From Candidatus Electronema halotolerans (GTDB lineage: Bacteria > Desulfobacterota > Desulfobulbia > Desulfobulbales > Desulfobulbaceae), in the NCBI GenBank assembly GCA_942493095.1, contig OW818675.1, forward strand, positions 1,530,001 to 1,562,000: a stretch of 32,000 nucleotides of DNA. Direction: 5' to 3'. The translations under genes and the position numbers were made by a program. Positions 24,305 to 32,000 of this stretch are shown here, in pieces. Numbering within the stretch: the first letter of the stretch is position 1; the number at the start of each line of letters is the position of its first letter. Under the pieces are notes generated by a model. That model worked only from the letters and a program-made list of their open reading frames with translations. It was not told the origin of the DNA and ran no database searches.

Positions 24305-25927
24305 TCAGGGCAGGGACTGTCGGTAGAGGGCAAGGTAGTTCTGCATGACCTGCTCCCAAGTATGGCGGCTGCGGATGCGCTCCACTGCGGCCCGCTGCAT
24401 GTCCGTGATCCGGCTGCGCTCCTCCCGGTATATATGCAGGGCCTGCTGCATGGCTGCGGCAAGAGCTTCCGGCTGGTGCTCCTGATAGGTGAAGCCGGTT
24501 TCGCCGTCAATAATCTTGACCAAGCCGCCGACCCGGTGCGCCACCGGCAGATTGCCGAAGAGCTGGGCAATGTAGTCGGTCAGGCCGCAAGGTTCGTAGA
24601 GCGAAGGAATGAGAAAGAAATCGCCAGCCGCGTAAATTTTGGTCGCCAAGGCCGGATCATAGCCTTGCAGGAAGCAGAGCCGTCCGTTGCTGTTGTCAGA
24701 AGCGGCCATGTCTTGGAGATGCTCTTCCAAGTATTTCTCGCCGCTGCCGAGCAGCAGGATTTGAAAACCGGTCTCGCCTGTGGCGGCGAGCAGAATCAGG
24801 GCCTTGAGCAGCACATCCACGCCTTTCTGGGCCGTGAGCCTGCCAATGAAGGTGAACAGGGGCAGGTGCGGCTCTGCATGCAGACTGCCGTGCTGGACCA
24901 CCCGCTGCCAGTGCTGGTCTGCGCCGCAGGCGGCCAGCATCCGTTCCTTGCACTGCCATTTGCCGTGCAGATCACCCGCTGCCGGATCAAAGGCCGCGTC
25001 AATGCCGACTTGGTCCGCATGACGCGGATCAAAGCCTTCCGGGCTGATGCCGTTGGTGATTCCGGCCAGAGGGACTCCCCGACGGAGGAGATGATGACCG
25101 AGCCAGCCGGTGCGGCTGTCCTCATCCGTCTCCTGCAGCTCACGGGCGTAATTCTCGCTGACCGTGTTCATGGCCGCGTAGCCTGCGGCGACGGCAAAGG
25201 GATCAAAGCTGTTGTTGAACAGGCCGGAGCGAATCACCGAAAAGGGCAGGCCAGTGACAGCTTCGGCAAATTCGATGTCTTCCACCTCCTGATGATAGCC
25301 CTGCCCGGCGTTGTGAACCGTGACCACGGCCCCGGTGCGGCAGAACCAGTGCCGCCAGCCCTCATTCTCCCGCAGCATGGCAGGCAGGACTGCGGCATGG
25401 CCGTCGTGGCAGTGGATGATGTCAGGCCGGAAATCGAGCAGGAGCAGCATGTCCAAGGCCGCCTTTTGGAGGAGGATGTTCATGGCAAAGTAGTCATAAT
25501 GCCCGGCTCCGGCCTGCTGCCAGCTTTTCTCCGCCTCCTCCCCGGCTGTGTAGGCATAGACTCCGTGCTTTTCAGCAAAGCGGGCCGATTCCAAGAGATA
25601 GACAGTCACGCCGTGGATGTTTTTTGTCCAGAGCGAGACCTGTTCCCGCCGCTCCCGGTTGGCATAGTTCATGGCCACATCAAAGCTCAGGGCAGGCTTG
25701 CCCTCTGCGCCTCGACAGGGCAGCGTGACCGGGGCAAAGCCCAGCTCCTCGGCATCGATAAAGCCATAACGCGGCAGAACTACCCGCACATCGCAAGCAC
25801 CGTGCCGAGCTAATGCCTCGGCCAACTGGCGGCAGACATCCTTGACCCCGCCTGCGCCGGCCAGCCCGTCGTATTCGCGGCTGACCATCAGGACACGCTC
25901 TATCTTTCGTTGTTCTGGCTGGTTCAC
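24305..25927 (-). CDS. glgA: Glycogen/starch synthase (GT5)
   Basis: RVLMVSREYDGLAGAGGVKDVCRQLAEALARHG...VVTVHNAGQGYHQ...NGISPEGFDP...FTFIGRLTAQKGVDVLLKAL...IPSLYEPCGLTDYIAQLFGNLPVAHRVGGLVKII. Confidence 0.88.
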   Translation of the reverse strand: MNQPEQRKIERVLMVSREYDGLAGAGGVKDVCRQLAEALARHGACDVRVVLPRYGFIDAEELGFAPVTLPCRGAEGKPALSFDVAMNYANRERREQVSLWTKNIHGVTVYLLESARFAEKHGVYAYTAGEEAEKSWQQAGAGHYDYFAMNILLQKAALDMLLLLDFRPDIIHCHDGHAAVLPAMLRENEGWRHWFCRTGAVVTVHNAGQGYHQEVEDIEFAEAVTGLPFSVIRSGLFNNSFDPFAVAAGYAAMNTVSENYARELQETDEDSRTGWLGHHLLRRGVPLAGITNGISPEGFDPRHADQVGIDAAFDPAAGDLHGKWQCKERMLAACGADQHWQRVVQHGSLHAEPHLPLFTFIGRLTAQKGVDVLLKALILLAATGETGFQILLLGSGEKYLEEHLQDMAASDNSNGRLCFLQGYDPALATKIYAAGDFFLIPSLYEPCGLTDYIAQLFGNLPVAHRVGGLVKIIDGETGFTYQEHQPEALAAAMQQALHIYREERSRITDMQRAAVERIRSRHTWEQVMQNYLALYRQSLP

Positions 25928-25951
25928 TTGTTTCCTCTCAGGGGGATGACA

Positions 25952-26290
25952 TCAAGCAGAGATGATTTCATTCAGCCCTTCAACAACTGAATTCACTTCC
26001 GCCTCAGATGCTCTGCCAATCTTTTTGCCGAGTCTTTTGACAGAGAGTATGCGCACTTGACTGATCTTAATCCACGATTTTTTCGGCAGCTTCACGCTGT
26101 TCAGCTCCAATGTCAAAGGAAAACCAGCTCTCTGCGGCTGACTCGTGATTGCCGCTGCGATGACTGTGCCAGAATGCTTGTTGAAGACCTCGCGGCTCAA
26201 AACAAGAACTGGTCTCAATCCTGCCTGCTCATGTCCAATCGTTGGATTCAAGTCTGCCCAGTAAATTTCACCTCTTAATATTCCGGCCAT
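25952..26290 (-). CDS. MazF/PemK-family endoribonuclease toxin
   Basis: ILRGEIYWADLNPTIGHEQAGLRPVLVLSREVFNKHSGTVIAAAITSQ. Confidence 0.93.
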   Translation of the reverse strand: MAGILRGEIYWADLNPTIGHEQAGLRPVLVLSREVFNKHSGTVIAAAITSQPQRAGFPLTLELNSVKLPKKSWIKISQVRILSVKRLGKKIGRASEAEVNSVVEGLNEIISA

Positions 26291-26517
26291 TCCTCAAGCT
26301 CCGAGGCCATGCCTTCATCAGCGAAAGACTGCTCAACATCAGCACTCAGCTTTGCGCATTCCTTTGCCAGCCGACCTCCTTCAATCTTGCACAGCTTTTC
26401 TTGAATTGCTTCACGAATGGCTGTGCTGCGGTTGGGAAAAATGCGCGATTTCACAAGAATGTCAAGACGGCTGAGAAGGCTTTCTTCGAGCGTGATTGCA
26501 ATTTTTGCCGTTGCCAT
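26275..26517 (-). CDS. Ribbon-helix-helix antitoxin, MazE/PemI-like
   Basis: MATAKIAITLEESLLSRLDILVKSRIFPNRSTAIREAIQEKL. Overlaps the toxin gene by 16 nt. Confidence 0.88.
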   Translation of the reverse strand: MATAKIAITLEESLLSRLDILVKSRIFPNRSTAIREAIQEKLCKIEGGRLAKECAKLSADVEQSFADEGMASELEEWPEY

Positions 26518-26532
26518 ATCTGTTCCTGTCCC

Positions 26533-27615
26533 TTAAAGCAATTGCAGACCGCTCACTGCCTGCTGCCGCAAAAGCTGATCTGCCAAGCAGAGCCGCACCA
26601 TTGCCTCGCAGACCGGTATAATGCGCGGAATGGCGGAAATGTCGTGGCGGCCTCCAACCTTGATCGTCACCGCCTCATTGCTGCGGTTGACTGTCTGCTG
26701 CTCCTTGCGGATCGAAGGAATCGGCTTGACCGCCACCCGCATGATCAATTCTTGGCCGCTGCTGACTCCGGCGAGAATGCCGCCCGCATTGTTGCTGAGA
26801 AAGCCGTTCGGGGCAAGCGGGTCGTTGTTCTCCGAGCCAAGCATGGCCGCAGCTTGGAAGCCTGCGCCAATCTCCACGCCCTTGACCGCGCCAATGGACA
26901 TCAGGGCATGGGCCAGCTCTGCGTCCAACTTGTCAAACACCGGCTCGCCCAGCCCGGCAGGACAAGTGGCCCGAATTTCGACAATGCCGCCAAGGGTGTC
27001 GCCCTGCTCGCGCACCTCGTCAATCCGGCCCTCCATCCGTGCTGCCGCCTCGCGATCCGGGCAGAAAAGGCTGTTCTCGCCGATCACGGCCAGATCACGT
27101 TTTTCTGCGGCAATCCCGCCCAGAGCGACTGTGTAAGCGCAGACCGTTACATTGTACTTGGTGAGCAGCTGTTTGGCAACTGCGCCCGCAGCCACCCGCG
27201 CTGCCGTCTCCCGCGCCGAGGCCCTGCCGCCGCCCCGATGGTCGCGGATGCCGTACTTAGCCTGATAGCTGAAATCGCCGTGCCCAGGCCGGTAGATGTC
27301 CAAGAGATTGCTGTAGGATTTGGAGTGCGCGTCCTTGTTGAAAATGACCAAGGAAATCGGGGTGCCCGTGGTTTGCGGGCAGGCCGCGCCCTCCGGCTGA
27401 AAGATGCCGGACATGATCTCGACCTTGTCCGGCTCCTGCCGGGGCGAAGTCGCGCCGCCCTTGCCGGGCCTCCTGCGCTCCAGCTCCTGCTGGATCATTT
27501 CCGGGGTCAGGTCAAGGCCGGGTGGACAGCCGTCAATGACCGCGCCAAGGGCAGTGCCGTGCGACTCGCCCCAAGTTGTCACCCTGAACAGGGTGCCGAA
27601 GGTGTTTCCTGCCAT
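26533..27615 (-). CDS. aroC: Chorismate synthase
   Basis: [36 protein letters not shown]...[41 protein letters not shown]. Confidence 0.97.
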   Translation of the reverse strand: MAGNTFGTLFRVTTWGESHGTALGAVIDGCPPGLDLTPEMIQQELERRRPGKGGATSPRQEPDKVEIMSGIFQPEGAACPQTTGTPISLVIFNKDAHSKSYSNLLDIYRPGHGDFSYQAKYGIRDHRGGGRASARETAARVAAGAVAKQLLTKYNVTVCAYTVALGGIAAEKRDLAVIGENSLFCPDREAAARMEGRIDEVREQGDTLGGIVEIRATCPAGLGEPVFDKLDAELAHALMSIGAVKGVEIGAGFQAAAMLGSENNDPLAPNGFLSNNAGGILAGVSSGQELIMRVAVKPIPSIRKEQQTVNRSNEAVTIKVGGRHDISAIPRIIPVCEAMVRLCLADQLLRQQAVSGLQLL

Positions 27616-27950
27616 AATCTTATTGGGCTGATTGCTTTAATTCGGAAATAAATGCTACTGCGGCTCTTGTCACATAATATTTCTTTGTTCCATTTTTTTT
27701 CAGCTTCAGCAGGTTACTTGAAACTAACGTGTCCAAAGACAGCCGTCAATGACCGCGCCAAGGGCAGTGCCGTGCGACTCGCCCCAAGTTGTCACCCTGA
27801 ACAGGGTGCCGAAGGTGTTTCCTGCCATAATCTTATTGGGCTGATTGCTTTAATTCGGAAATAAATGCTACTGCGGCTCTTGTCACATAATATTTCTTTG
27901 TTCCATTTTTTTTCAGCTTCAGCAGGTTACTTGAAACTAACGTGTCCAAA
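27525..27950. repeat. Exact 213-bp tandem duplication (27525..27737 and 27738..27950)
   Basis: Read side by side, both copies are identical from gacagccgtcaatgaccgcgcc to cttgaaactaacgtgtccaaa. Confidence 0.95.
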
Positions 27951-28414
27951 TCATCCACTATAAAACGAGGTTCGGTATAGCTTATCTTTATATTGGCTCT
28001 ATCCATATAGTAAATTGGATTTGGAGATATTTCCTCAGACTCAAAAAAAAATTCTGCTTCAGACTGGACGAGCTGGGTAAGAATAGAAACTGCTTGATCG
28101 GAAAGAACAGATTCTCTGTGAATAGCTTGTGCGATGCCTGAAAACGCATCTAATTTTCCTGAAACAGACGAGATAAGCAAATCAAGCCGTTGAAGACGAT
28201 CAACCAGCTCTTCATGTTTGACGTTTAGGAGTGCGCCAAGATTTAGCTCCAATGCCTCATTGCCGCGTATTGATGCCGCTACACCCTCATGATGTTTTTC
28301 TTCGAGCCAGCGCATAAACTCATTCAAACCAGTTTCTGAACGTTCTGACTTGAAGTTGCACAATAATCCTACGATTGTTGAAAATGCAAATGCACCTGTT
28401 ATTGGATCGACCAT
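27833..28414 (-). CDS. Hypothetical protein, helical with a possible C-terminal winged-helix-like segment
   Basis: 193 aa, [44 protein letters not shown]... . Its 3' end lies inside the second copy of the 213-bp duplication. Confidence 0.6.
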   Translation of the reverse strand: MVDPITGAFAFSTIVGLLCNFKSERSETGLNEFMRWLEEKHHEGVAASIRGNEALELNLGALLNVKHEELVDRLQRLDLLISSVSGKLDAFSGIAQAIHRESVLSDQAVSILTQLVQSEAEFFFESEEISPNPIYYMDRANIKISYTEPRFIVDDLDTLVSSNLLKLKKNGTKKYYVTRAAVAFISELKQSAQ

Positions 28415-28458
28415 TTTATACTCACCTATTTTCTTGTGTCATCCTTTTACGGGAGTCC

Positions 28459-28556
28459 TAAGCCTCTTCCCTCACAATCCTGCTGATGGCAGTATAATCC
28501 GTCTTTCCGCTGCCGAAAAGCGGAATCGCCTCCATCCGCTGCACGGTGATGGTGAA
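28459..28556 (-). pseudogene. Orphan C-terminal fragment resembling an AMP-dependent acyl ligase
   Basis: Reverse frame reads FTITVQRMEAIPLFGSGKTDYTAISRIVREEA*, with a stop immediately upstream and no start. Confidence 0.4.
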
Positions 28557-28656
28557 CTATGAGTGACAAGTTGAGTCATCGCCAAAAATGTATTGAGATT
28601 ATTGTAAAATGCAATTAAAGTGATCACTTACCTGAATTCCGCTGTACTGTGTTCTG

Positions 28657-29805
28657 TCAGCAGGACTGCTTGGCGAGCAGAATTTCCGCCGCCCGCAGCA
28701 CATCTTCGGGCAGCACTGCCTGCATACATTCCTGCGCAATTGTTCTGGAGCAGGTGCTTTCGTCGCAGGTGAAACGGCAGGAAAAATCTTTTTCCACAGC
28801 CACGCCGCAAGGGCTGAACGGATGGGTTTCTGCTGATTTGGACGGCCCGAAAATCGCCACGGTCGGCACCTGCAAGGCAGCAGCTATGTGCATCGGCGCG
28901 CTGTCATTGCATACGAAGAGGCTGGCCTGCTCCAGCAGCACCGCCATCTGCCGCAGACTGGTTTTTCCTGCCAAGTTCACCGGCTTGCGCCGCATCCTGC
29001 TGCTGATCTGCGCTGCCAAATCCTGATCAGCCTTGCTGCCGCCAAAGAGGAGCAGGGGCAGATCATATTTTTCCATAAGTTGATCATACAGGACAGCGCA
29101 ATATTTTACAGGCCAAATTTTCAGGGGCAGGCGGGAGCCGGGATGCGCGCAGAGATACGGCGGCTGCACACCCAGCCCGGCAAGGAGCTGTCTGGCCTGC
29201 TCCTGCTCTGCTGCCGAAAAGCGCAGCCCCCATTCCAGCGGCTCTTCCGGGCAGCCGAGAAAGCGGCAGATGTCAAGATGATACTCCACCTTGTGGCGCA
29301 GCTCTGTGTACAGCACCTCGTGAGTCAGCAGATAAGCCCCGCCGCCGATGCCGTAGCTGACCTTATATCTGCTCCTGAGCGGGGCGGCTATGAGCAAAAT
29401 TTCCCGGATGTCGCCTCTGGCCTCAATCAGCAGATCAAAGTGCCGCTGCCGCAGTTTTTTTATAAAACGCAGATAAGCAATGAAACTTGCAGAATAAAAC
29501 CAGAACGGAGCAAAGGGAATGACCTCGTCCACCAAAGGATGCTGCTCCAGCAGCGGGGCCGCGCCCGGCGCAGTGAGAACGCTGATTCTGCTCTGCGGAA
29601 AGCGCGCCTTGAGCGGCTTGAGCATGGGCAGTGTCATGACGACATCGCCAATGTAGGCAGTGCGGATCAGGAGAATGTCTTGTATGCTCTCCGGCTGAAT
29701 CGGGCCGGGTTTGCGGAAGATATTCCACGGCAGGAAAAGCACTTTGCCGATGCTGTCGAGCAGCAGCGTGGCCAGCAGCTTCTTGCGATTGACGATTTTA
29801 TACAC
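28657..29805 (-). CDS. Glycosyltransferase family 9 (LPS heptosyltransferase-like)
   Basis: ILLIRTAYIGDVVMTLPMLKPLKARFPQSRISVLTAPGAAPLLEQHPLVDEVIPF...FVCNDSAPMHIAAALQVPTVAIFGPS. Confidence 0.9.
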   Translation of the reverse strand: MYKIVNRKKLLATLLLDSIGKVLFLPWNIFRKPGPIQPESIQDILLIRTAYIGDVVMTLPMLKPLKARFPQSRISVLTAPGAAPLLEQHPLVDEVIPFAPFWFYSASFIAYLRFIKKLRQRHFDLLIEARGDIREILLIAAPLRSRYKVSYGIGGGAYLLTHEVLYTELRHKVEYHLDICRFLGCPEEPLEWGLRFSAAEQEQARQLLAGLGVQPPYLCAHPGSRLPLKIWPVKYCAVLYDQLMEKYDLPLLLFGGSKADQDLAAQISSRMRRKPVNLAGKTSLRQMAVLLEQASLFVCNDSAPMHIAAALQVPTVAIFGPSKSAETHPFSPCGVAVEKDFSCRFTCDESTCSRTIAQECMQAVLPEDVLRAAEILLAKQSC

Positions 29806-29812
29806 AGCCGCC

Positions 29813-30589
29813 TTACTGGACCAGCACTTCGCCGGAGCTGCCTTTCAAGGCCTCTTTGAAAACAGGCCAGTACATCACGCCGCGCTCAATGCTGAGGAGC
29901 GGATTGAGGATGGTGTCCAAGCTGCGCATGAAGGCTTCAACATCAGAAATTTTGCTCGGCGGCAGATAAAGAATGTCGCTGGCCTGCACCTGCATGGCCA
30001 CAGCAGCGACATGTTTTTCGTTCAGATTTTTAAATTCAAGCGGAATGCTGATGATCTGAAGTTTGTTCTCCTTCTTCCGCAGAAGAATAATGTAATCTCC
30101 GGCACTCTGGGTCGGGCCGCCTGCTGCTGCTGCCGCCTCGATAACCGCAGTTTTCGCTTTCAGGACAAACTTGCCTGGACTGTTGACATCACCCAAGACA
30201 TAATAACATTGTCCGGCCAAATCCTGCGGCATGACTGTCACCCTTGGATTTTTATAATACAAAGCCAGCTTCTTGGTCAGCGCGGCTTGTAGTTCATCCA
30301 CCGTCAAGCCTGCCGCCTGCACAGAACCGATGAGCGGATAATGAATGGCTCCGACAGGATCAACTGTCACCTGTCTGGTCAGAGTGTCCTGCCCCCAGAC
30401 TTCGATGTTCAGGGAATCTCCGGCAGCCAGCCGCAGCTCCTTTGGGCCGTCTTGGTCCACAGCCTGCTCCGCCTTTTTGTCAACAGCAGCCGGATAGTCC
30501 TTGACTGAAAATTCCACCTCCTTTTCACTGCATCCGCCAGTCAGGAGGGCAAAACAGCAGCAGAGGAGCAGGGCAAGCGCCTTGATCAT
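29813..30589 (-). CDS. Polysaccharide biosynthesis/export (Wza-like) lipoprotein
   Basis: Lipobox LLTGGCSE, LRLAAGDSLNIEVWGQDTLTRQVTVDPVGAIHYPLIGSVQAAGLTVDELQAAL, and a SLBB-like region VLGDVNSPGKFVL. Confidence 0.88.
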   Translation of the reverse strand: MIKALALLLCCCFALLTGGCSEKEVEFSVKDYPAAVDKKAEQAVDQDGPKELRLAAGDSLNIEVWGQDTLTRQVTVDPVGAIHYPLIGSVQAAGLTVDELQAALTKKLALYYKNPRVTVMPQDLAGQCYYVLGDVNSPGKFVLKAKTAVIEAAAAAGGPTQSAGDYIILLRKKENKLQIISIPLEFKNLNEKHVAAVAMQVQASDILYLPPSKISDVEAFMRSLDTILNPLLSIERGVMYWPVFKEALKGSSGEVLVQ

Positions 30590-31764
30590 GATTTGTCGTC
30601 CACCTTGATGATGATTTTGCCGTCCTTCCGGGTGGAGGAACGCTGGATGGCGTGGATGGTTTCGGCAAAGGGCAGGCGGGCGGTGATCATTGCTTCAATG
30701 GGCAGCCGCCCGGCGGCCAGCAGGCGGATGATGTTCGGGAAGATGCCGCAGCCTGCATGGCCTCGTGCGCCGACAATCCGGTTTGCGCCTGTGACCAAGG
30801 TGTCCAAGGTGATCGGCACTGCCCGGCCTGCCCTGCCCAGATAGACAATCACTCCGTTGACCGCCAGCGAGGCTTCCATTTCCGGGATGGTCTGCCACGC
30901 CGCGCCTGCCGCCTCCACCTGCACATCCGCGCCTCTGCCCGCAGTCTGCTCCAAGACGATGTCTCTGGGACGGATGCCCGCCGCTGCCACCTCGTTAAAA
31001 TCATATACTTGAGATGCGCCCATTTTGGCGGCAATGGCCAGACGTTCCGGGATAAAGTCAAAGGCCAGCACCTGACTGGCTCCGCTGGCCATTGCCAAGG
31101 CCACAGCCCCCAAGCCTATCGGTCCTGCGCCATAGACCGCGACTGCCGCGCCAGGCAGAAAACCGCCCGCGCTGATGAACAGGCCATTGTAGGCGCAGCC
31201 GACCGGCTCAATCAAGGCACCAATATCAAACAGCAGCTCGTCGCTGTAGTGCCGGGCAAGGCTGTCAATCTTCCAAACCTGCCGACTGCTGACCACGGCA
31301 TAGTCAGCCAAGGCTCCATCCACGGTGATGCCTGCCAATTCCGCCTGACAGCACTGGTTGGGCGCGCCGCTCCGGCAGGGGGTGCAGGTCCCGCACCAGA
31401 CAATGCTTTCCGCTGCCACTATATCGCCGGGCGTGACATTGCTGACACTGCTGCCGACTTGCTCGACAAGGCCGGAATATTCGTGGCCAATGATGCAGGG
31501 CAGCTTGGCCGGGCCGGAAAAGATGATATAGCCGTCCGCATCGGTTTCATAGAGATGGGTGTCAGACCCGCAGATGCCGCAGCGTTTGACCCGAATCAGC
31601 ACCTCGTGGGCCGCAAGGTCGGGAACAGGCCGCACCTCCTGAAAAAAGCGGGAATTCTTCCAAACCTGAGAGCCGGACACTGCCCGCTTCCTGCGTTCTT
31701 CCTCTAAGCTGAGGGGATAGTCCGGGCGCGGCGACCAGTCCGCATCGACAATAAATGCCTTCAT
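30586..31764 (-). CDS. Zinc-dependent alcohol dehydrogenase family protein
   Basis: RVKRCGICGSDTHLYE...IIGHEYSG...CGTCTPCRSGAPNQC...VAVYGAGPIGLGAVALA. Confidence 0.9.
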   Translation of the reverse strand: MKAFIVDADWSPRPDYPLSLEEERRKRAVSGSQVWKNSRFFQEVRPVPDLAAHEVLIRVKRCGICGSDTHLYETDADGYIIFSGPAKLPCIIGHEYSGLVEQVGSSVSNVTPGDIVAAESIVWCGTCTPCRSGAPNQCCQAELAGITVDGALADYAVVSSRQVWKIDSLARHYSDELLFDIGALIEPVGCAYNGLFISAGGFLPGAAVAVYGAGPIGLGAVALAMASGASQVLAFDFIPERLAIAAKMGASQVYDFNEVAAAGIRPRDIVLEQTAGRGADVQVEAAGAAWQTIPEMEASLAVNGVIVYLGRAGRAVPITLDTLVTGANRIVGARGHAGCGIFPNIIRLLAAGRLPIEAMITARLPFAETIHAIQRSSTRKDGKIIIKVDDKS

Positions 31765-32000
31765 AACGTTTGCCAGCACTCCAATGGCAGAGCCTTTTTG
31801 TTGATCTTGCCGCCCCCGGTTTTCGGCAGGGCAGCAAGCAGGGTGAAACGTCGCGGCACCATATAGGAGGCAAGACGATTCCGGCAGAACATGGTCAGCT
31901 CATCCGCCGCAAGCTGCGCCCCTGCTTTGGGCACAACAAAGGCCTGCGGCACTGAACCGTGCCGCCGTTCATTCATGCCGATCACTGCCGCCTCGTGGAT
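31761..32000 (-). CDS. AMP-dependent acyl-CoA synthetase/ligase, C-terminal part (5' end beyond the window)
   Basis: IHEAAVIGMNERRHGSVPQAFVVPKAG...ELTMFCRNRLASYMVPRRFTLLAALPKTGGGKINKKAL. Confidence 0.85.
   Translation of the reverse strand: MHEAAVIGMNERRHGSVPQAFVVPKAGAQLAADELTMFCRNRLASYMVPRRFTLLAALPKTGGGKINKKALPLECWQTL

Noticed and set aside
23765-25813. 682-aa + strand ORF
   Set aside because: Antisense to glgA and its downstream gene. High G+C keeps the frame open, and glgA shows clear family motifs.
26242-27651. 469-aa + strand ORF
   Set aside because: Antisense to aroC, which is unambiguous from its motifs.
28888-29859. 323-aa + strand ORF
   Set aside because: Antisense to the GT9 heptosyltransferase-like gene.

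Overview
The window is gene-dense and mostly minus-strand. The gene content looks Desulfobulbales-like, but that is only an impression. Housekeeping genes I can name are hslR, a U32 peptidase, a FmdE-like protein, sbcD, lspA, ileS, glgA, aroC, a GT9 heptosyltransferase, a Wza-like export protein, a Zn-alcohol dehydrogenase and the 3' end of an AMP-dependent ligase. The most interesting region is 14497..6605 (minus strand). It is an Anbu (ancestral proteasome-like beta subunit) operon in the order circularly permuted ATP-grasp > alpha-E > Anbu > transglutaminase-like. Two further overlapping genes continue it: a small two-TM protein and a secreted TPR protein. These two share a gap-free ~27-residue Gly/Asn-rich motif, at the C-terminus of one and the N-terminus of the other. 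The ATP-grasp gene is interrupted by an intact IS4-like element (12991..14271) with 26-bp inverted repeats and a perfect 9-bp target duplication. Removing the element restores an in-frame 1440-nt gene. A second locus at 1..2300 encodes a small protein and a TPR protein that share a related Gly/Asn N-terminal motif, with a VapBC-like pair between them. Other structure includes a 126-bp TPR repeat array with a two-unit higher-order pattern, an exact 213-bp tandem duplication at the aroC boundary, a 23-bp palindromic iteron-like array upstream of an HU-like gene, and a two-copy dispersed stem-loop. I found no CRISPR array, rRNA or tRNA.
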